The notes under the pieces are model-generated. The model did no database searches. It was not told the DNA's origin and saw nothing but the letters and a program-made list of their open reading frames with translations. A DNA stretch of 47,614 bases from a virus (Duplodnaviria > Caudoviricetes): the IMG/VR virus record IMGVR_UViG_3300016667_000636, positions 1-47,614 of that record, one strand, 5' to 3'. Made by a program: the position numbers and the translations under genes. Numbering within the stretch: position 1 is the stretch's first letter; the number at the start of each line of letters is the position of its first letter. Positions 43,476 through 47,614 of this stretch are shown piece after piece.

Positions 43476-45507
43476 CACCAGATTTGCGCAGCATCAGCGC
43501 ACTGGCGACGACCGCATCGGCCATCACCCAGCCCTCGTCCCGCGCCTCGATGAGGCCCGCCTCCAGCAGGTCGGCGATGAACTTCCCGGTGGCGCTGGGC
43601 TTGACCATCTGCCGTGCCGAGGCCTCGCTCAGCCCCTTCTGCTCGACCAGATAGACAATCATCGCCTCCCGGCGCACATACGGCTGGCCGGCGTTCTCCT
43701 CGGCGCCCGCCCCCCACCATGCGTTCTCCCAGAATTTCCGGTGCTGCGTGAGCTTGCTGTCCTTCTTCCCGGCCGGCGCCGAAGGCTTGGCGCTCGGGTC
43801 AACGACCAGCACTGCGCTGCTCACCGGCTCGCCGTCCTCATCCTGCCAGCCCGGAATCTCGACCGACTCCAGCCGGCCGTAGACCGGCTCAGCCAGCTCG
43901 GCGTCCTTGGCCTTGCGCTGGATGATTTGCAGCGGCTCGCCGTCCTTGCCGGGCACGATGGAGACCTCGATGTCGAGCGCCCCTCGCCACGCACTGGAGC
44001 CTCTGGCGCGGTGCTGGGCCTCCTCAGCCACGCCAGTGTGATGCACCAGCAGCACGCTGCACTTGAACTCGGCCATGAGCGCGTTGCAGGCGTCGAGCAT
44101 GGACTTGGTGTCCTGCGCCGAGTTTTCGTCTCCGCAGAGGAATCGGTGTAGCGTGTCGATCACAATCAGCGTCGGCCGCTCCGCCAACAGCCGGATGTGG
44201 TCAACGACTCGGGCGTAACCCTCCGGCGTGTTGAGGTCGCACCCGTCACGGCTGAGCCACATCTTGAGCGCCGTAACGCCGTGGTGATGCTTCCAAGCAG
44301 CCACGCGAGCCCTCAACCCATGATGGCCCTCGCCGGCCAGATAGACCACTGCCCCGTCGCGCACGGCGTGCTGCGCCCAGTCGGGCAGATGACTGGCCAG
44401 ACGCAAGGCCCAGTCCAGCACCACAAAGGTCTTGCCCCCGCCACTGGGGCCGTGAACCATGATTAGCGCCTGCGCCTGCACCCAGCGCTTAACGAGCCAC
44501 GTTATGGGCGCTGGCTGGGCGCTGAACTCGTCGGCGGGGATAAGCCAGTCGTGCGCCGCTGGTGGCGCCAGCAGCAGTGCGAGGTCGTGGCCTGACTGCG
44601 CGAAGTCATTGGCGTCGCCCCTGATGGGGGGCAGGATCATGCGGGCGCCGTACTTTGCTGAAGCCTGCTCCGCGTACCGCTGCCCGACCCCGGACTCGTC
44701 GTTGTCGGCGACGATGACAATCTGCTGGGCCGGCCCGTGCATGTCGCGGAGCGCCCCGACCACTGGCACCAGATTGCTGGCGCTGTAGGCCACGACACAC
44801 GGCCGACCGGAGACCTCGTGAATCGTCGCCGCAGTGGCGAAGCCCTCGGCCACATACAGGACGCCGGGCTCATCTGGTGAGCCCACAAGCCACATCTTTC
44901 CGCCGGTCTGGCCGCCGGGGTGATAAAGCTTGCCGCCCTCGGCATCAATGTACTGAAGCGAGCTGATGGCCCCGTCGATCCCGCAGAGGGGCACCATCAG
45001 GCGGCCGTCGCCGGTTATTCGGGCGCCGTGCGGCTGGATGCCCTTGCGCTTGAGGTACTCGTGCTCCGCACTCGCAGGGCCAGCGGACGACCAGATTTTC
45101 TCGACCGTCTCAGCGGCAGTGGCTCGCAGCTTGGCCTGCTCCTCATCCCGCACCGCCTTGGCCTCGGCCATCCGCCGAGCATGCGCCATTTCCTCGGCGG
45201 CGTTCAGCGGGCGCCCGATGTCGGCCCGGAACGTGACCTCAACCCCTGCCCGCCAACAGCCAAATCGGCCCGCAGGAACGCCATCAGGGAAAACAATGTA
45301 CCAGCCGGTCTTGTCCCCGGCGCCGCGCCCGCTGCCCTTTGAGCCAGACCGGAAACGGTGAATTTTGCCGTCGATCAGGATGTTGTCTGGCGGCTCAAGG
45401 CCGGCCTCGGAAATCGCATATCTCAGCTGAATTTCCGGCGGATCTGGCCGCATCGGCTCCGGCGGCGGTGACCAAGGCCCGCCGAAAATTTTTGTCAGGT
45501 CTGCCAT
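43462..45507 (-). CDS. DNA primase-helicase (Toprim plus RecA-type/AAA_25 helicase)
   Basis: YLKRKGI, VAEGFAT and IVADND (Toprim); HGPSGGGKT (Walker A), LIVIDT (Walker B), VHHTG...RGSSAW. Confidence 0.9.
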   Translation of the reverse strand: MADLTKIFGGPWSPPPEPMRPDPPEIQLRYAISEAGLEPPDNILIDGKIHRFRSGSKGSGRGAGDKTGWYIVFPDGVPAGRFGCWRAGVEVTFRADIGRPLNAAEEMAHARRMAEAKAVRDEEQAKLRATAAETVEKIWSSAGPASAEHEYLKRKGIQPHGARITGDGRLMVPLCGIDGAISSLQYIDAEGGKLYHPGGQTGGKMWLVGSPDEPGVLYVAEGFATAATIHEVSGRPCVVAYSASNLVPVVGALRDMHGPAQQIVIVADNDESGVGQRYAEQASAKYGARMILPPIRGDANDFAQSGHDLALLLAPPAAHDWLIPADEFSAQPAPITWLVKRWVQAQALIMVHGPSGGGKTFVVLDWALRLASHLPDWAQHAVRDGAVVYLAGEGHHGLRARVAAWKHHHGVTALKMWLSRDGCDLNTPEGYARVVDHIRLLAERPTLIVIDTLHRFLCGDENSAQDTKSMLDACNALMAEFKCSVLLVHHTGVAEEAQHRARGSSAWRGALDIEVSIVPGKDGEPLQIIQRKAKDAELAEPVYGRLESVEIPGWQDEDGEPVSSAVLVVDPSAKPSAPAGKKDSKLTQHRKFWENAWWGAGAEENAGQPYVRREAMIVYLVEQKGLSEASARQMVKPSATGKFIADLLEAGLIEARDEGWVMADAVVASALMLRKSGGNVT

Positions 45508-45663
45508 CTGATGAACCCCTTTTTTGTCGTTGCCTGCTGAGTTTGATACTGGATTCGCAGCGCCGTCAACGGGCGACCCTAGTTTTCTTGCCCGCGCAAG
45601 TCACCGTCATTCGGTGACACCGATTGACGTTGATGGCCGAATAAAAATAATTTCACTTGCCTA

Positions 45664-45693
45664 TTGACGACCCTTATTTTAAGAGCTTAAGAT
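45664..45693 (+). promoter_or_regulatory. sigma70-like promoter
   Basis: TTGACG-18 bp-TAAGAT; spacer contains CTTATTTTAAG. Confidence 0.65.
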
Positions 45694-45709
45694 TAAATCC
45701 AGACAGCAA

Positions 45710-45747
45710 CCGGACTTTCCCGACCGCTGAAAAGGAGACCAACATGA
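45710..45747 (+). repeat. 38-bp leader/RBS repeat, copy 1
   Basis: CCGGACTTTCCCGACCGCTGAAAAGGAGACCAACATGA. Confidence 0.85.
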
Positions 45748-45947
45748 ATCTCAACTTCTTAGACACCACCGCCGCCGGCCTCGACCTGACCGACGCCGAG
45801 GATCGCGCCATCTTCCGGCAGCGCGTGGCCCGCCGCTTCCGGGCCACGACCGTTGAATGCATCAACGGCTGGATTAGCGGCGCCGCCCGCGACCGCGTCA
45901 CCGCCGTGCGTGCGCTGGCCGACAAGTACATCGAAATCATCAAATAA
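45744..45947 (+). CDS. hypothetical early protein
   Basis: MNLNFLD start behind AAGGAG. Confidence 0.7.
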   Translation: MNLNFLDTTAAGLDLTDAEDRAIFRQRVARRFRATTVECINGWISGAARDRVTAVRALADKYIEIIK

Positions 45948-45948
45948 C

Positions 45949-45986
45949 CCGGACTTCCCCGACCGCTGAAAAGGAGACCAACATGA
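45949..45986 (+). repeat. 38-bp leader/RBS repeat, copy 2 (one mismatch)
   Basis: CCGGACTTCCCCGACCGCTGAAAAGGAGACCAACATGA. Confidence 0.85.
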
Positions 45987-46174
45987 TGACGCTTAAAGAA
46001 ATCAAGGCCGAGGTTTACACGCGCGGCCAGTATCTTGTGTCTTACGAAGCTGACAAAAAATCCAAGCGCACCAAGGCTCGTCAGCTCGCGGCGCTGAAGC
46101 TCGATGGCTACGGCGTGGAGTTCCGCATTCGCTTTCTGGACGGAAGCGAGCTGTGGTGCATCTACGGCGAATAA
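45983..46174 (+). CDS. hypothetical early protein
   Basis: 63 aa behind the repeated RBS. Confidence 0.7.
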   Translation: MMTLKEIKAEVYTRGQYLVSYEADKKSKRTKARQLAALKLDGYGVEFRIRFLDGSELWCIYGE

Positions 46175-46188
46175 GGAGACCAATCAGC

Positions 46189-46374
46189 ATGAAAACCAAA
46201 GACCAAATCCGCCACGAGTTTCTTGGCTATTACTCAGACTTTCGCGAGGCGCAGATTGCCGACGAATGCCCGCCTCCGATTAAATCTGAGGTCTGGGAGT
46301 TTTTCGTCGGGGCTTATATCGACATGGGCGATCTGCCCGAAAGCGCCCGCAAGTGGCCCTGCCCGCGCAAGTAA
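46189..46374 (+). CDS. hypothetical early protein
   Basis: MKTKDQ start behind AAGGAG. Confidence 0.7.
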   Translation: MKTKDQIRHEFLGYYSDFREAQIADECPPPIKSEVWEFFVGAYIDMGDLPESARKWPCPRK

Positions 46375-46427
46375 AAAACAACGACGAGGCCGGCGAGAGC
46401 CGGCCAAAACTAGACAAGGAGACCCGC

Positions 46428-46676
46428 ATGAAGCATTCAGAGTTTTATGGCCCGCTCACCGAATCCGGTTTGCTGGCGTTGATTGTCAACGCCCCCCTGT
46501 ATCAAGCGCAGAACGTGCTGGTGGCAATCAAATACGACGCCCAGTTCGGCGATGGGTGGTATGGCGACACCGCGCCCGAAATTGCGGCGCTGGCCCGCCG
46601 CTGGCTTGACCAGATTGAGGACATGGACGACATGGATTACGGCCGCTGGATTGATTCCCAGTGCGGCCGGATCTAG
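46428..46676 (+). CDS. hypothetical acidic early protein
   Basis: MKHSEF start behind AAGGAG. Confidence 0.65.
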   Translation: MKHSEFYGPLTESGLLALIVNAPLYQAQNVLVAIKYDAQFGDGWYGDTAPEIAALARRWLDQIEDMDDMDYGRWIDSQCGRI

Positions 46677-46682
46677 CCCTTA

Positions 46683-46712
46683 TTGACACCGCTAAAAATA
46701 GCGGCTTAAAAT
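46683..46712 (+). promoter_or_regulatory. sigma70-like promoter with palindrome in the spacer
   Basis: TTGACA-18 bp-TAAAAT; CCGCTA-AAAA-TAGCGG (46689-46704). Confidence 0.7.
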
Positions 46713-46754
46713 TCACTTCAGCAACCGGATTTACCCAACCGCAGGAGACCTCAG

Positions 46755-47093
46755 ATGATTAAGACCCCCGCCCTTCGCGCCGTCGTCAACAAAGCCATCG
46801 CGGCGCTCAACCCCCGCGCCCACTACGCTGCGGACACCATCATCGGCCGCCAGCGCTGGAGCGGCTCCGACCTCCAAGGCAAGGCCAAGAAGTACAGCTA
46901 CGGCTACTCTGTCCAGCGTGCCAAGGCCGGCGCCGCTCTGCGCAAGGCCGGCGGTTGGGTCGTGGCCGTTGACCGTGGCTTGCTGGTCACGGCGGTGTCC
47001 ATTGGCATGGACGATTACGGCAACGAAATTTTCGACACGACGCGCGGCATTGCCGTGCAGGCCTCGGCTCACCGCGCCCGTTTGATCAAGTAA
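46755..47093 (+). CDS. hypothetical early protein
   Basis: 112 aa behind AGGAG. Confidence 0.7.
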   Translation: MIKTPALRAVVNKAIAALNPRAHYAADTIIGRQRWSGSDLQGKAKKYSYGYSVQRAKAGAALRKAGGWVVAVDRGLLVTAVSIGMDDYGNEIFDTTRGIAVQASAHRARLIK

Positions 47094-47104
47094 GGAGAAA
47101 GACA

Positions 47105-47422
47105 ATGCTCAACCTCACTCCCCACGCCATTACCGTCCGCCTGCCTGACGGCAGCGAAGTCACGTTCCATCCGTCGGGCCAGCTGGCCCGCATCGAAACC
47201 GTCGAGACGGCCGCTGCGCCGGTCGACGGCATCCCGTCGGTCTACCGCCGGCTGACCACGCCCGTCGGCCTGCCGGCGGAAGGCGTGCCGTGTCTGGTGT
47301 CGGCCATGGTGCTCGGCGCCGTGCCCGGCCGGGCCGAGTGTTACGCGCCCGACACGGGCGCCACCGCCATCCGCAACGACGCCGGCCACGTCGTGGCCGT
47401 GACCCGTCTGGTGCGGGCATGA
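47105..47422 (+). CDS. NLTPH-motif protein, possible Crn4-like ring nuclease
   Basis: MLNLTPH...PSGQLAR...GLP...LVS.MV...APDT...RNDAG; AAGGAG RBS. Confidence 0.55.
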   Translation: MLNLTPHAITVRLPDGSEVTFHPSGQLARIETVETAAAPVDGIPSVYRRLTTPVGLPAEGVPCLVSAMVLGAVPGRAECYAPDTGATAIRNDAGHVVAVTRLVRA

Positions 47423-47580
47423 CGCTGTTTCAAGCCGCACGCCTGCGCGAGCAGGCCGACGAATGGCCTCGCGCAAGCGAGGGATGGCCCATTGATCGGG
47501 AAGAAAAACAGGCCGATGCGCTGTTGCGTGAGGCTTTCGGCGAAGACTACGCAAGGAGATTGCTTAATGGAGAGGAATGA
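47419..47580 (+). CDS. hypothetical protein
   Basis: MTLFQAARLRE start by ATGA overlap; followed by another coupled ATG at 47577 running off the window. Confidence 0.55.
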   Translation: MTLFQAARLREQADEWPRASEGWPIDREEKQADALLREAFGEDYARRLLNGEE

Positions 47581-47614
47581 TTACGCCGACGCACTGGCCG
47601 CGCGCGACCCGCGC

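Noticed and set aside
45710-45986. 38-bp repeats as a mini-CRISPR array or att sites
   Set aside because: The repeat contains the RBS and ATG, the ~200-bp interval is a gene, and no recombinase is present

Overview
The window is most of the genome of a GC-rich, short-tailed (podovirus-type) dsDNA phage. One long minus-strand morphogenesis region (about 42988 down to 4645) encodes small and large terminase, a P22-like portal, a GroES-like co-chaperonin, scaffold, major capsid protein, decoration proteins, adaptors, a tail fibre with an S74 chaperone domain, a GH108 lysis cassette, a tail nozzle and four probable DNA-ejection proteins. It is flanked by clusters of small early-type genes behind sigma70-like promoters, and by a Toprim/RecA-type primase-helicase with an adjacent GTAAC/GTTAC repeat origin candidate. 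The most unusual part is the ~10 kb between terminase and portal. It holds large multidomain (polyvalent-type) proteins: HhH-glycosylase-like plus ART-like, ART-like plus C5 cytosine methyltransferase, and a ~1380-aa protein with a PcfJ-like domain. Their domains are separated by a recurring [YFM]-A-x-G-G motif that also occurs in the ejection proteins, which suggests a processed, virion-packaged effector system. An antisense, separately promoted 5-gene island with an HTH regulator interrupts this region. I saw no integrase, DNA polymerase, tRNA or CRISPR array. All family assignments come from motif recognition by eye, not database searches.
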